A stretch of 64,000 bases of DNA from Lama guanicoe (taxonomy: Eukaryota). Each line of letters starts with the position of its first letter. Positions within the stretch are counted from its first letter, which is position 1. The notes beneath the pieces are model-generated. The model searched no databases and was not told the origin of the DNA. It saw only the letters and a program-made list of their open reading frames with translations. The stretch is taken from NCBI GenBank assembly GCA_013239625.1, contig MU054757.1, forward strand, positions 2,026,251-2,090,250, read 5' to 3'. Positions 39,271-51,836 of this stretch are shown here, one piece after another. A program made the position numbers and the translations under genes.

Positions 39271-40724
39271 TGGGAAAAGGCCAGAGTGGGAAGCACATTT
39301 GTACTGAAGTAGAAGGTGTGTAAGGATGACTGCTAGGGGAGAAGATGGGAAGTACAGATTGAGGCAAGCAAGCAAGTGGAGGGCTTCAGCCATAGGGATG
39401 AAAAGGGTTTTGAGCAAATCAAGTGTCTTGATCAGAGCATTCTGACAACCATACAGAGAAGAAATGTGATGCGCATGTTGAAGGAAATAGATAGGGCACA
39501 AGTTAGCAAGCTGCTGTATCAGAGACCTATCAGGGATGTAGCTTTCTTTTCAACTAAAAGCTCAAACTAGCTTAAGGAATTTGGAGGCTCACATAGCTGA
39601 ACAATCCAAGAGCAAATGTGGCTTCAGGCATAGCTTGATCTAGGACTTGAATACTCAAATAATGTCACAGTATCTCTTTTCTTTCTCTCCATTTCTTGGA
39701 ATTATTTCTTCAATTGTCAGTGCAGTCCTCAGGCCCTATATCCTGTCTCTCAGAAGTCTCTGGGAAATTCTCACAGCTTTTCATTGCTTCTGATGAAGTC
39801 ACATGCTCATCTCTCAGGCAACCGTGGGAGTCTGGGAATGGAATGATCATTAACTAAGCTGAGTTGCGCCTCAACCTGGAACTAGAGGTTGAGGAGCAGT
39901 TAATTCTCCAGAGGGAACTTGGGATATGATTGTTATAAGAGGGAAGTGAAGGCTGGTAATGGCCAGCAGATGACCACTACAAAGGGGTAATGAGGGCTCA
40001 AAGTTGGATCATTGCAGTTGGAATGGAAAAGAGAGGAAAGAAGTAACAGGCATCATGGAGAGGAAATCAACGAGGTCCTCTGGTTCTGAAACGGAGGGAA
40101 AAGGACACAGAAGCTTGAATACAACCCAGATTTTGAGCTTGTGTGACTAGGGTTTGGCAATGTCATTAATGAAGATTCAGAATGAAGTAGGAAGAACAGA
40201 TTTATGGGAGGAGGAAAGCATTTTGTTGCTTTCTCATCCCTGTTTTTATTAATACAATTGTTCCCAGCTTCTTAGAGCTCAAAAAGAATTGAGTCCTTAC
40301 AAGAAGGAAGAAGCAAATTCTTCCATCAGCCATTTATTCTCAGAAGATTTGTCCCCACAGTTTTTAAGAGTCTTGTCTCCGAGCCCACATATGAGAGAAT
40401 TAGGCTGAAATCTTATTTTGCCTCAGTAATTTGAATTTTCTTTTGTTGAGCTACCAGAATCTGTAGGAGCAGAAAACTGTTGGAGTCAAGTTCAATCTTT
40501 TGTCATAGAAGAGTTCCACATGAGCTATTTAGGATGGTAAGGCCGTCTTCCAATGCACTCTGGATTCGCCTTAGAGAAACACGTAAAGCTAATCTATAGA
40601 ACTCTAGTGAATGCCGCGTGAAATCATGAAGGGAGAAACCTCTCATCACTGCTGGGCCAGGATACAAGAAAGGATTGAAGTCAGGCACTGAATGACAAAG
40701 TGATGCAGGTGGTAGTCAGCGTTG

Positions 40725-40783
40725 TTTTTTTTTTTTTTTTTTTTTTNNNNNNNNNNNNNNNNNNNNNNNNNNTTTTTTTTTTT
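40725..40783. repeat. Poly-T tract spanning assembly gap 40747-40772, followed by a MIR (~40785-41000)
   Basis: Read directly. MIR motifs tagacgagggcactaagac...cttgccaaaagtc. Confidence 0.75.
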
Positions 40784-41011
40784 TAGTGTTTACTATCTGC
40801 CAGGTACTGCTGTAAGTTCTCAACATGCAGTAAGTTCTTTAGTCACCACATCAGCCCTTGGTGGTGAGGACTCTCATTATCTCTAGTTTATAGACGAGGG
40901 CACTAAGACCTGAAAAGGTTGTATACCTTGCCAAAAGTCCCTCGGCCAGTGAGTGGAACTGGGACTCAAATACTAGCAAGTCTCTGGCTCCAGGACCTGT
41001 CTTCAATAAAC

Positions 41012-41130
41012 TGATCATATGTTCCAGAACTGCCCAAGACGGGCATAATTTCTGCCTGTTGTCTTGGCATAGTTATAAACATGAACTCCAGACAGTGTCC
41101 CCATTTGGACAATTAATTATGAACACTGTT
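41012..41130. mobile_element. MER94-like hAT relic
   Basis: tgatcatatgttcc...gcctgttgtcttggc...agtgtccccatttggacaattaattat. Confidence 0.5.
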
Positions 41131-41451
41131 CCTCTCAACCACAGTGTTGTGCTTATTCAAAGTGAAGAAAATCTCATCTGAGCAATAGAATTATCCAAAT
41201 GGTTAGGCTCTATCTCCAGGCACAAGTGAGGTGACAATTCAGATTGAATCTGACTATTTGGTAATCATTCCGTTCGTCCTAAGAATTAAACTGGCTGTAT
41301 GGGTTGGTGTAGGTTTGGTTTTAACCAGCAAATCTTTCCGTTCTCTTACACCTTTTAAGGCACCCTCGTATGCTACTGTAAAGTTGCCAGTGACCATAGT
41401 TTGCCTCTTTCTGCAGTGGTTTTATTTATGCCTCAATATTTGGCCCTGCAG

Positions 41452-41549
41452 GTTCCCCCAGATCGTCAGAATGAAGTGCTGATCAGCCTGCTGGAGACCG
41501 ATCCTGACGTAGTGGACTATTTGCTCAGAAGGAAGGCCTCGCAGTCGTC
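41452..41549 (+). CDS. ARHGAP6: ARHGAP6 exon 10 (98 nt): [32 protein letters not shown]
   Basis: Acceptor cctgcag|GTT, donor GTC|gtgagt. Translated by hand. Confidence 0.95.
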
Positions 41550-43691
41550 GTGAGTATGCCGGTGCCCCCATCTCCTAACGCTGCCTTGGGGATTTCTATT
41601 TTCATTTCCAAAGAATTAGAAAGGGTTACACAACTCCATTAAGAGTTACTTGAAGTGGAATTCTGGCGACTTTCTGGCAAATCTGATCAGTCCACCTAAA
41701 CGGAAAATGTTTCAGTCTTACCAATCCATTTATCAAACCAGCAAGTGCTTTATGGAATTTTCTGTTTCATTTTTGTCTTTTTCTAGTCCCTTAAGGTCCT
41801 TTTGACTGTGTTTACTAGGGAAAAACCCCACTAAATCCCCACTGGCAAGAAGCTCAAGAACTAACTATGATGTGCATCAGTGATTACACTTCTAGAATCT
41901 GAAAACTATGCTTAGGGGCCCCTGAGGCCGCGCCTGGATGCATCTTATGTGTGTAATTTACCAGCAGGACCGGCGCGTTACCAAACCACAAGACAGGCCT
42001 CAGCAAAGGCCTAGGTACTCATTTGAAATTAGAGGTGTTCGCCCTCTTGGCTCTCCATCACTGGTCCCCACATGCACCCATGTTTGCAGTGAGGAAAATA
42101 TAAGCCTTGCTCTAGGCTATGGTTTGCTACCATTTTTCCCCCAAAGGGGAAGCACTGAATCTTTACACTAGTCAGATTCTACGATGTATCTCTACCATTT
42201 GCTATAGAGGCAGAGTGTATGGACGTGCTGAGCATTTAACAAAGCCGTTGAGGGGATAATATTGCATCATTAACCAGGAGCAAAGTTGCCACCATGACAC
42301 CAAACCTTACATTGGTAACAGGAAGAGTTGTTGTTAGCCTTCATGAAAGTAGCCTTCATGCTGTGCTTTTAAGCTACTGAATTTCAACAACTCTAAGGCA
42401 CATTTCCCCCCATGTTTTATCGTCTCTAAAATTGAGATTAATCTTATAATCACTGGTGTGTCCTACATTAATTCATAGCACTTTTTCTCTCTTAGTCGTA
42501 TATAAAATACTGTAATGATATGTCTTATTCAATGATATCTCAGTGACATGGGCACAAATTAAATTGTTCTTTTATCCTGATGTCAAATTTGATGCACTAA
42601 TTTTCATTTAAAACTATTTCAGGTGTTTAAAAGTTGTGTTCTTTAGTGAAATTTGGTGGAAAGGAATTGCACATTTTTCAGGCCTCCTTCTTTCCTGGGT
42701 CATTATGTTATTAGCACTGTTCAGTCCTGCGTCATTCCATGTCCTGCAGAGCAGGGAAGAATTCTTAAGTGGCTCATCCTTTCAAGAGCACTTTTTAAAA
42801 TCCATTTCTGTGCTGATCGTTATTAAGACAAATTCTGGTTCAAGTAAGACATTCTGCCTGAATTCAGGCCCTAAGAGCCACGAGGGAACAAAAACATATT
42901 CAAATAATATAAAAGGGCTGGCATTTCATGGTCTTGCTTTTCATATCTGAGAATTGGGCTCACTTAAATTTTTCCTAGGTTCCTATTTATCATCAAAGTG
43001 TAAGTTCTAATTTAAAGTAGCAAATGGCTTTTCTTCACAGTAGATCTTGTGCCACCAGAATTTAAATGAACTCCCTTCTATCCCTCCCCCATGCAAGGAA
43101 ACAGACGTGGCAGCCTTTCTGATTGTGAATCCGCCATAAGCAACATTTGTAACCCTTCTCTACAGGAAAGCTAGAAAACACACTGATTTTTGACTTGCCA
43201 GATTTCTGCTTTCATATTTTTACATAGATAAATATTCCACTTTGAAGAATAAGTGATAGAAGTTATTTTTATGTGGTTTTTCGAGTATGTTCTTTGCGTA
43301 TAGATGCCAAGAAGTGAGCCTTTCTCCCCCCTTAGGAAAAGGAGGGAGCCCATCCCAAACCATACAGCTGTGCAGCCTCTTCTGTTCCCTGTCCCTGTAG
43401 GAATAAGGCCAAGATCTTAGGTGAGTGTCAGGGCTTCCGGGAAAGGGAGATGAACTCATGGGACCTCTGGAGATGGGAGAGACTAGAAAACATTTGGAGA
43501 AGACTTGCTTAATAAGGAGAAGAGAGTGTTTGGTTTTGCCCTCTAGGTACAGGTCAAGCAGCAGCCTGGAAGGTTGATAATGCTGTCATGAGGTAAAATA
43601 CATATATTAATAAGTAAATGTTTATTTTTAATGACCTTTTGAGGCTTGAAAGTCCTAACCCTCCAGCTGTAGGCAGTCTCTTCGTGCTTTC

Positions 43692-43872
43692 AAGGCGTGC
43701 TTCTCCAGCTTCAGCATGCAGGCACATCACCAAGAGGTCTTGTTAAAAGGCCGTTTCTGGATCAGTAGCTCGAGCAGAGGGGGTCGGGGAGACGGCATTT
43801 CTCACAAGCACCCCCACCGCCGCCCGATTAGGCTGTGATGCCTCTGCTCCGTGGTCCACACTTGGAGTAGCA
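43692..43872. mobile_element. MER5A-like relic (a second MER5-like copy at ~44020-44172)
   Basis: catcacc...tcttgttaaa...gcatttctcacaagc...ggtccacacttggagtagca. Confidence 0.6.
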
Positions 43873-44568
43873 AAAGCTTAAAATGTCAAGGCAAATTCTT
43901 GACTCGAAGAGCTCGCAGACTTGAAAAGGCCCACACGGTGACAATGACAGGAGGCGTGTCCCTGAGCACGTCACGGAGTGCAAAATGCTCCGTGCTGGGC
44001 CGCCGCCTCTCAGCCTCGCCTGCCCGTTCCAGTCTCCTGGGGAGCTTGAAGCACAGCTCCGCCTGGGCACCACCCCTAAAGATTGCGATTCCTGTATTCG
44101 GGGGTGCAGTCTGGACAGTGGGATTCTGAAGAGCTCCCATGTAATTCTAATGAGCAGCTGGGTAAGAACTGCTGGCTGAGAGCTACCACGTTAGATACCA
44201 TGTCCTTACTGTCATACAGGCACTTGAGCTGGGCAGTTTTTTACATTCCAAGGGGGTCTTTGTGTTGACAAAGAAGGGAGCCAGTGCTCCAGACCATAAA
44301 TCCACGTGGAGTTTGGAGGAGAGAAAGAAGTGTTTCCTACAGTCTCAAGGATAGCTTCTGAGAAGAGCAAGGATTTGCAGGGAGCTTTGTAGACTAGAGA
44401 GGTTGTCAGTAGGCCTGGATGTTTAGGGAACTTGAACCAGGGCCTGGTCATAAAGTAAATATGTCAGCTGTCTGGGGACACGGTAAAGAGGCTGGCCAGC
44501 ACAGAGGGCAGAAGCCCTTAAATGGCAGGCTTAGTGGTGGTGCTTAAGTCAAGAAGCAGCGGTGAAGA

Positions 44569-44624
44569 ATTACAGTGATGAGAGATTACGGTAATGATAG
44601 ATTACAGTGGTGACAAATCACAGT
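44569..44624. repeat. 16-bp period tandem repeat, 3.5 copies (attacrgtrrtgannr)
   Basis: attacagtgatgagag / attacggtaatgatag / attacagtggtgacaa / atcacagt. Confidence 0.8.
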
Positions 44625-44699
44625 CCCCCCAATGCCAGATAGTGTTGGCCACATTGGAGTGTCAATTACCCATCAATAGCACACACTGATATAATACAA

Positions 44700-44930
44700 C
44701 GTGCTGGTTGTGAGCTTTAGACCCAGAGCCAGACTGCCTGAATTCAAATTCCAGCTCTACTGCTATCAGCTGTGAGGTCTTGGGTAAATAAATTCCTCTC
44801 TCTCCGTCTCAGATTCCTCATCTATAAACTAGGCATACAAAGTAGCACAAACTTTATAGTGTTGTTTTGCTATTAGAATATTGTCTGGTTTTTAATAAAT
44901 GCTTAGTAAATGTTAATGGTTATTATCACA
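44700..44930. mobile_element. MIR SINE
   Basis: agagccagactgcctgaattcaaattccagctctac...tcagattcctcatctataaa. Confidence 0.75.
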
Positions 44931-45961
44931 TTACTTGGAATTTCGCCATTCTGTTCATTTATGACTACTTACCAAAGACTTAGGTGTCACTAGATTCTAC
45001 CTTGCTGTCCACGAGATGGCCACCTATGAAGGCAATATGGCATGAAAGAACCCATCCATGTTAACTTGTAGCGCTGACATCAGGGTGGTGGCATGGTTCT
45101 AGAACAGAGAGGGATGCCGGTGAAAGGCGCTGAAGTGGGAACACAACCTACTCACACCAGGCCGGGTAGATTTCACAAGGGACTGGAGGGCGATTATGTT
45201 TGCAGGTCATGAGGTCCAGAGCTTGGACAAGCTGTGGTGCGATGGGAATGGACAGAATTCTTGTTCTGAAGACTTTATTTAGTGAAAACTCAGCTACGAG
45301 GGCTATAAAAGGTAAGGATCGCATGGAAGAGCAGAGTGCAAGAGTGGCTTCTAAAATGAATAGCGTAAGTGCAGTGATGTGCACGACCTCCCTCGTTCTT
45401 CCCTTCCGACCCTTTGATTTATTTCCTGAAGCTTCTGTTCTTTGCCATCAGTTCACATACCTAAATAAAGCTTTAGATTCCCCTGCCCCATGTGGAAACT
45501 GCACAAGGTTTTATTTGGAGTGGAAAAGTAAGTTTTCAAAAGCGTGTAAAACCAAGAACATATTTTTTACAATTTCTGTTTTGAAAGTTGAACATTTAGT
45601 TATATTTGGGAATTTAGTGTTTTGTTCTGAGTTGAGTTTTTTTTCCCTTCCTTATGCAACAACAGAACTGGAGGAGTGAAAGGAGGATTCATTATTTTTT
45701 CTTGTGCTTGTCTACTCACATTTTTGGTGTCTACCAAAATGGAATGCCAACAGGAGATTAGAAGAGATTTATATTGCTAACAATGCAAGACTTCTAGTTC
45801 TTTAATTGCTTGTCTGGTATATTTATTAGAATGATATGCCCTTTTCTTCAAAGATACTTAGAATAGACCTCTTCCCCCGTCATTTAGGGATATAAGGAGA
45901 TAGGGGATGAGAATGGAAGGTAAATGAAAGACGCATTTGCAACAGAACAGAAGTATCATAG

Positions 45962-46167
45962 CAGGGGTGAGACTAGGGTGAGGAGAGTGAGGTGCAAATT
46001 TTAAGGGTGTTCTAAAACAGTCATCAAAATGAACAAGATTGAAATGTGGTGTTTCAAAAGATCAACACCAAAAATCTATGATAAACAAAATATCAAAGAA
46101 TTTAAAAGACTAGTGCCACACCAAGCCACACTGGAGCCCAAAGCAAGGGGTGAAATGTGTGCCCCTG
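45962..46167. mobile_element. MER96B-like hAT relic
   Basis: Termini cagggg...cccctg and agggtgaggagagtgagg. Family name from memory. Confidence 0.45.
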
Positions 46168-47125
46168 GCTTAAGTGGATGTGAATTCATTGATAATGTTT
46201 TGAAAATGCTCTTCTTTGCTTATCTCATTTTTAACTGAGAAAATGTCTATATTTGACAATTTCTCCAGACCAAGTGAAAATCTGGAATAATTTTTAATTA
46301 AGTTAAGCTCAGCTAAAATAGTAATAAAATTCTGTTTGGACATAAATAAAGGTTTTCAACTTAATAGAATGTTGTAAGTTCTAATGTACCTACTTTTTAA
46401 TTTTTGAATATTTCCAATTGCTCTAATATTCTGGGAGAAAAATAACCATTGAAACATGTATACCTGTACGGTGCACAGGCTAAATAGAGCATGTTCCCTA
46501 CTATATTCCAGAAACTAAATCAAAATAGAACAAATTTAATTGCATTGGGAGAGAAGGCTGATATGGATGAGCCAAACCCATAGGTATATGTTTTTTAAAT
46601 TTCATTGGATTTCATTCTGTTAGTAGCCTTCACAAAACTTTTGCTGAAATCGCTCCCTGAAATAGCAGAACTGGTGACCAGCCAGGCAGGACCATGGATG
46701 AAGCCTCATAGTTGTCCCAGAGGATAAAGTGTCAGAACTGAAAAGAAGCTGTTAACATTGTTGAGCTACAGGTTTCTCCTGTTGAATAATAACTCTACCT
46801 TCCTTACTATGGAAGAGCCTCAGGCCTTAGAATTTAAAGGCATCACGTTTAAATCAACAAATCTCACGGAGATAATTTATTTTAATCTTTCAAAGATTGC
46901 CATTAAAAAGTCTTCTTCCACAAAACCACGGATTGTTACAGGATGAACTAAGTTCTGTTTTCCTTTTACCAGCACCTATAAAATCAGAAAGGTTTCAGGA
47001 AATTTTCAGAGATGAGAAATCAGACTTAACCAGCATAGTATAGCAGTGAGTGCTGTGAGTCTGGTAGTAGCTGGTGGCCTCAACTGTCTTTCTGTTCCAA
47101 TTCCTTGGAAATTATGAAGCATTAA

Positions 47126-47127
47126 AC

Positions 47128-47169
<42 letters not shown>
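47126..47169. repeat. (AC)n(GC)n(AC)n microsatellite
   Basis: Read directly from the sequence. Confidence 0.95.
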
Positions 47170-47293
47170 TCTCCATTCAAGAAAGCCCTTTCAGCCAGAT
47201 AATTTTAGGAAAAACATATGTAGAAAAGAGAATTCCATAATGAAAAATTATGAAAAGTGTGAATGTGCCTCCTGTTGAAAGGCAATTCAAGAT

Positions 47294-47429
47294 GGGGGGC
47301 AGAAGAGGGTGTAGCTCAGTGGTATAGCGCATGCTTAGCATGCATGAGGTCCTGGGTTCAATCCCCAGTGCCCCCATTAAAATAAATAAACAAACTTAAT
47401 TACCTCTCCTCTCCACACCCCCCCAAAAA
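47294..47429 (+). mobile_element. tRNA-Ala-derived SINE (Vic-1-like)
   Basis: gggtgtagctcagtggtatagcgcatgcttagcatgcatgaggtcctgggttcaatcccc plus the same taattacc tail as the 13837 copy. Confidence 0.88.
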
Positions 47430-48046
47430 GGTAGAGGGAGAATTCATCACATCCCCTCTTTTCCCCAGCACCTTTACTGTGATCAACTTCTTTATAAACT
47501 TGCAAGATATGAATTTGAAGATGTTTGACCAGGCGTACTGTAAACAAAATTAATAGAATCATCACTGTTTTCTCTTCACCTGTCATAATGCCTCTGTATG
47601 CTGGGGCTACTAGGAAGGAATTAATAAGAGCTAAAAATGAGGGGAGAAATTTCCCCAAAGGCCTGGGCAACTTCTAATGTCCAGGGTGCTGGCTTTATCT
47701 CCTGGTGGGAGTTTGGATTCGTGTCAGCTTCTCTTTGGAACGGGGTGCCTTTGTCCCTAGGATTCTGCATAAAGGATGCTTTGCAGAACTGAGTATGAGG
47801 AATGTGAAAATCGTCCATAAATCCAGAGCTAGGCAGTGGATTCCTTTCCCCCTACCGTGAACGGTGTCCGAGATGGTTATGTGCTTTGAGTTCCAACAGA
47901 CTAAGGTTTATCAATTAACGACAAAGTCCAGCGTGAAACCAATGCAAGTTCAAACTCTCCAAGGATGCTTCTCACTGGAGTAGCTCAGTGAGGGGCTGGG
48001 CTGGCCACATCCAGTGATTGAACCGGAGTTTTCCGTTTATCCGCAG

Positions 48047-48136
48047 AAAGAGTTCTGTGCCTCCGGCTGCGGTGCAGGCCTGCCCACAGTACCCTGCCAG
48101 CGTGTTTACACCCTGACCTGGAGGGACCGGCTAAGG
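48047..48136 (+). CDS. ARHGAP6: Alternative cassette exon between exons 10 and 11 (90 nt). Codes (S)KSSVPPAAVQACPQYPASVFTP* with the stop at 48114-48116; likely a poison or truncating exon
   Basis: Pyrimidine tract and acceptor ttttccgtttatccgcag|A, donor AGG|gtgaga. In exon-10 phase it resembles the C-terminus I recall for a short human isoform (TSSVLPAAVQACPQYPASMFTP). Confidence 0.75.
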
Positions 48137-49587
48137 GTGAGAAAGCCATTCGCTCTCCATGTCCATCTCATGCGTACCTGGTTAGCTGAGACTGGCCATG
48201 CATGCTGTGGACGGTCCTGGGACTTTCAGGTCTCCTGGGGAAGCTCTCCATCCATGGAGGCAAATCCGTGTCAACTGGCAGGGTATCTGCTCAGCGCTCC
48301 CATCCTCCATCCATGAAATTCCAACACACAGACAGAGAAGCCACTGTGTGCTTCTGAACTATAGTTCTCGTCCGGTCAATCACTGGTTAAATATTTTATA
48401 TAAATAAGTACATGACTATTTATTGCCTTTACTTGAAGTGCTGAACTTAAAATTGTCTTCGTAGAGTTGAATCATCTTAGAGGCAAATCTTAGAGAAGAC
48501 ATTGGTGGCTACTCATCTCATTCTTTCAGAGATACCCTAGGGAGGAAGGGGGTCCTGGATTTGTTTCCAGTTGATTTAATGATAAAGCAATAGAATGACA
48601 CTAACATTTTTTTAAACTCTGAACTGCCTATGTTGTAATGAGAGTTCTGAGGAGTGAATAAAGTAGTCTTATTTTGTTTATTAACTGGTGGGGTGTCACG
48701 TGGAAAGACTCTCTTAAGCATAGGTTCTTAGGCAAATTTGGCCACCACCTTACTGACCTCTGCTGAGAAAATAAAATAATAAATAGGAAATACTTTTAAC
48801 ATATAAAAGAGCCATCAACTCAAAGTCTAAGAGAAAGCACTTTACTATTGAGTTTTAATAATACTGAGTAGTAGTTACCAAATACGCTTTAGGAGTCTCG
48901 ACCCCTTCTGCCTGTACTGCTGGAGAGACACCTTATTTCATCTGCTTCATCGTTTCTTCCTAGACGGTGATCAGAAACAAGAAGGGTTATTAGCGCTAGC
49001 TTAGTACAGTGCCTGCCACACAATGAACTCTGCATAAATATCCATTTTTGTGCCTCTCACAGGCCAAGGGGTTATGTCACGTAAGTGTGTGTCACAAGCT
49101 GTTTGCCATGTATACTCAATCTGTACCCCCTTCCGTGGCCAAGATACGCTGGCTGGGAAGAAAGGCATCACCTCTTGTTGGGTGGCCCCATCTGCCCGTG
49201 CCCCTGACTGTGAGACTCACGGCCTGGGTCTGCCTCACTCACCTCTACCTCCAGGGATTAGCTTTCACCAGCTCCTCCAGTTTCTCCCCTGAGTGGGGCC
49301 ACAGCTGTGGTGACTTTGGGGGCCTGAGTGTGGAGAATGACATAAAAGCAGAGAAAGGCAGATTGGTCTCTCCCGCCCCCCTCTCACCTAAACATATTCT
49401 GGTCCATAACCAAAGCACATTCGGTTATCTGGATCCTGCCACCTCAAAGTCAGGACTGCCACATTTACCCCCACTGCCAGCCAGGGCTGAGGTTTTGGCG
49501 ACTATCTGGGGTTTTTCTCCCGATTTGACTTAGTAGATCCTTAGCCTCATCTATGGGTAGATGGAGGGCAGGTAGGTTTGGTATGGG

Positions 49588-49900
49588 AGGTTCTCAGGCT
49601 TCCCCAAGCATCAAAATTACCTGGGGGGCTTTTAAAGCCCTGACCGCAAAGGTTCCCTTTCAGTCGGCCAAGCCAGCTTCATGGGCCGAACCTGGTACTC
49701 AGAAGAAGCGCACATTTGGCTTAATGATCTGCTGTCACCATCTTGAAATTCTAATCATTTTTCAGTTTCATTTTGCCCCGGATCCCGCATATGATAACCA
49801 GTCCTGTCAGTGGGTCCAGGATGGAGCTTGAGAATTTGCATTTCCAACAAGTGATCCATTTCCCAGGTGATGCCAATGCCGCTGCGTCAGAATCACTGAG
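49588..49900. mobile_element. MER5A-like element with a nested MER45A-like element (49668-49806)
   Basis: gccagcttcatggg...ctgctgtcaccatcttgaaattct...agtcctg flanked by the 8-bp TSD tcagt(c/g)gg at 49660-49667 and 49807-49814. Confidence 0.7.
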
Positions 49901-50059
49901 TGAGGTTTTACAGAGTCAACCCAAAGAACAGAGGAAGGGGACGGTGGCCCTCCACCTCCTCCTTGTTCATGTCTGCTTGATCAGATCCAATCACAACCAA
50001 GAAAATGGAGGGAAAATAGTGTGGCAGCTTCAGTTTTGGCGGGGGGGTGGGTGCTAAAA

Positions 50060-50343
50060 TTTTTATTTTATTTCATTTTTTTATTGAAGTATAGTCAGTT
50101 TACAATGTTGTGTCAATTTCTGGTGTACAACATAATAGTTCAGTCATACATATACATACATATTATTTGTTTTCATATTCTTTTTCATTATAGGTGACTA
50201 TAAGATATTGACTATAGTTCCCTGTGCTACACAGCAGGACCTTGTTGTCTGTTTTATATGTAGTAGTGTATATCTGCAAAGCTCGATATCCCTTCCCAAT
50301 TTATCCCTTCCCACCCCCTTTCCCCACTGGTAACCATAAGTTT
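50060..50343 (-). mobile_element. L1 3'UTR fragment
   Basis: ttttattgaagtatagtcagtttacaatgttgtgtcaatttctggtgtaca...ttccctgtgctacacag...ggtaaccataagttt. Confidence 0.85.
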
Positions 50344-50839
50344 AAAGAGTTAGTTTCAGTTATTTTTATTATCGCTATTCTTGTTCTCTGTTTTGTTTTG
50401 TTTTGTTTTAACCAAACTAAATGCTCTCATGAAGCATGCTGCCTTTTCAGTACTCCCAACAATGTGGGCGTGATTTCCCTGTCCAAAAACACTTTATTGA
50501 AGCAGCTTGCAGAAATATGTAAAGTGGAGCAATATCCTAGTAACTAATTTGAAAGACCAGGGAAAGTGGAGTGATGAGGTAAAATGAAGTTGTGCTGTGA
50601 ACACACTAAGGCGTACCACCAGCTCTAATACTCCAGCTCGACTAGAGCCCCAGCTCCTCGGAGCCTTGTAGCAGTCACTGCAAAGACAGGTACTTTCTTT
50701 ATTCCCTGACACAAGGTTCCATGTAGAGAAATAATTTTTACCTCCAAGTAGGTAAAAATAACCTGCTTTGCTTGAGAGAAACACAAATGTCCCTAGTACT
50801 GAGATGTTCGAGAAATTTCTTCCATGAGGCATCTTTCTT

Positions 50840-50940
50840 AGGTTTATCTATTTTTTTTTTAGTGGAGGTACTGGGGATTGAACCCAGACCTTGTGTGCAT
50901 GCTCAGCACGTGCTCTACCACTGAGCTGCTATACCTCCCA
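50840..50940 (-). mobile_element. tRNA-Ala-derived SINE (Vic-1-like)
   Basis: Reverse complement of the same SINE. 18-bp TSD ccatgagg(c/t)atctttctt at 50822-50839 and 50941-50958. Confidence 0.9.
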
Positions 50941-51821
50941 CCATGAGGTATCTTTCTTTATGCACATAACTGTTGGCTGAATCTGGAACTTGTAATGTTT
51001 TGTTGGATATATTTGATGTGTTTTGTGTGACAGATAAGCAAGATATGAGACAGAACTATTGTGGTCTCCATGCCCTACGGTATGACCTTTCCAAAACTTT
51101 CCTCCTGTTGTAAGGGGGCCGAAAAAGCATTCGAAGCCCTGATAGTTATTTTGTTTTGGCAAATAAGTTGACTTGACTCTCCTTAAAACATCCCATAAAA
51201 TAAGGCTTTGTGTACCCACTGCTAGTGATATATCACGATGACTTCCTCTTGCCCAGTAGACAGAAGACACTTTTCATTAATGAATGGAAAAGTGTCAGCT
51301 AAATGGGAAACAACTGAAATTAGCCCAGCAATCTGATGTCTAGCCCTGGGCAGGATAGAGAGCCCTGATTCTGAGCTGAGCTCTGTGTGGCTGCAAGTTC
51401 AACTCATTTGTATTTTCCTATTTTCATAGTAAAGTTTCCTCAACCAGAGTCAAACTCCATGACGACCGACAAATGTCCATGTGTTTTGTTTTGTGTTCCC
51501 TTCACTTGATTTAGGGAGGGTGTCCCCTTTTAATTAGATATGGGGGTTAAATCACTTTTTCCCACTTTCCAGAAGTAGTAGTACGTTCCTTGTATTTTCC
51601 CTGCATTCACCGGAGGCCTGAAGTTTCTGGAAAACCATCCTCTTGGTTGTCCTCTGACTTTTTCCCATAAGACTATCAGTCATCGGTTTAAAAAGGAGGG
51701 AAGGAAAGGATTTATTTATTCCATGTGGGTGAGAAATTCCCTCAGCAAAACATATTTGGGCCCCTGGCTGCCTCGGTGGCAGGCGAAGCAGGTCACTGAT
51801 GCTGAAATGCTTGCCTGGGAC

Positions 51822-51836
51822 GCTGCCCCCTGCTGG
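51822..51836 (-). promoter_or_regulatory. CTCF core motif
   Basis: Minus strand reads CCAGCAGGGGGCAGC, matching CCASYAGRKGGCRS. Occupancy untested. Confidence 0.55.

Noticed and set aside
47305-47377. tRNA-Ala(AGC)-like sequence (also 13843-13917 and 50862-50938)
   Set aside because: All three share a non-tRNA tail, two have clear TSDs, and the stems carry mismatches. They are SINEs, not tRNA genes.
48114-48134. Stop-codon read-through of the cassette exon (TGA-C, length a multiple of 3)
   Set aside because: A second in-frame TAA at 48132-48134 blocks it.
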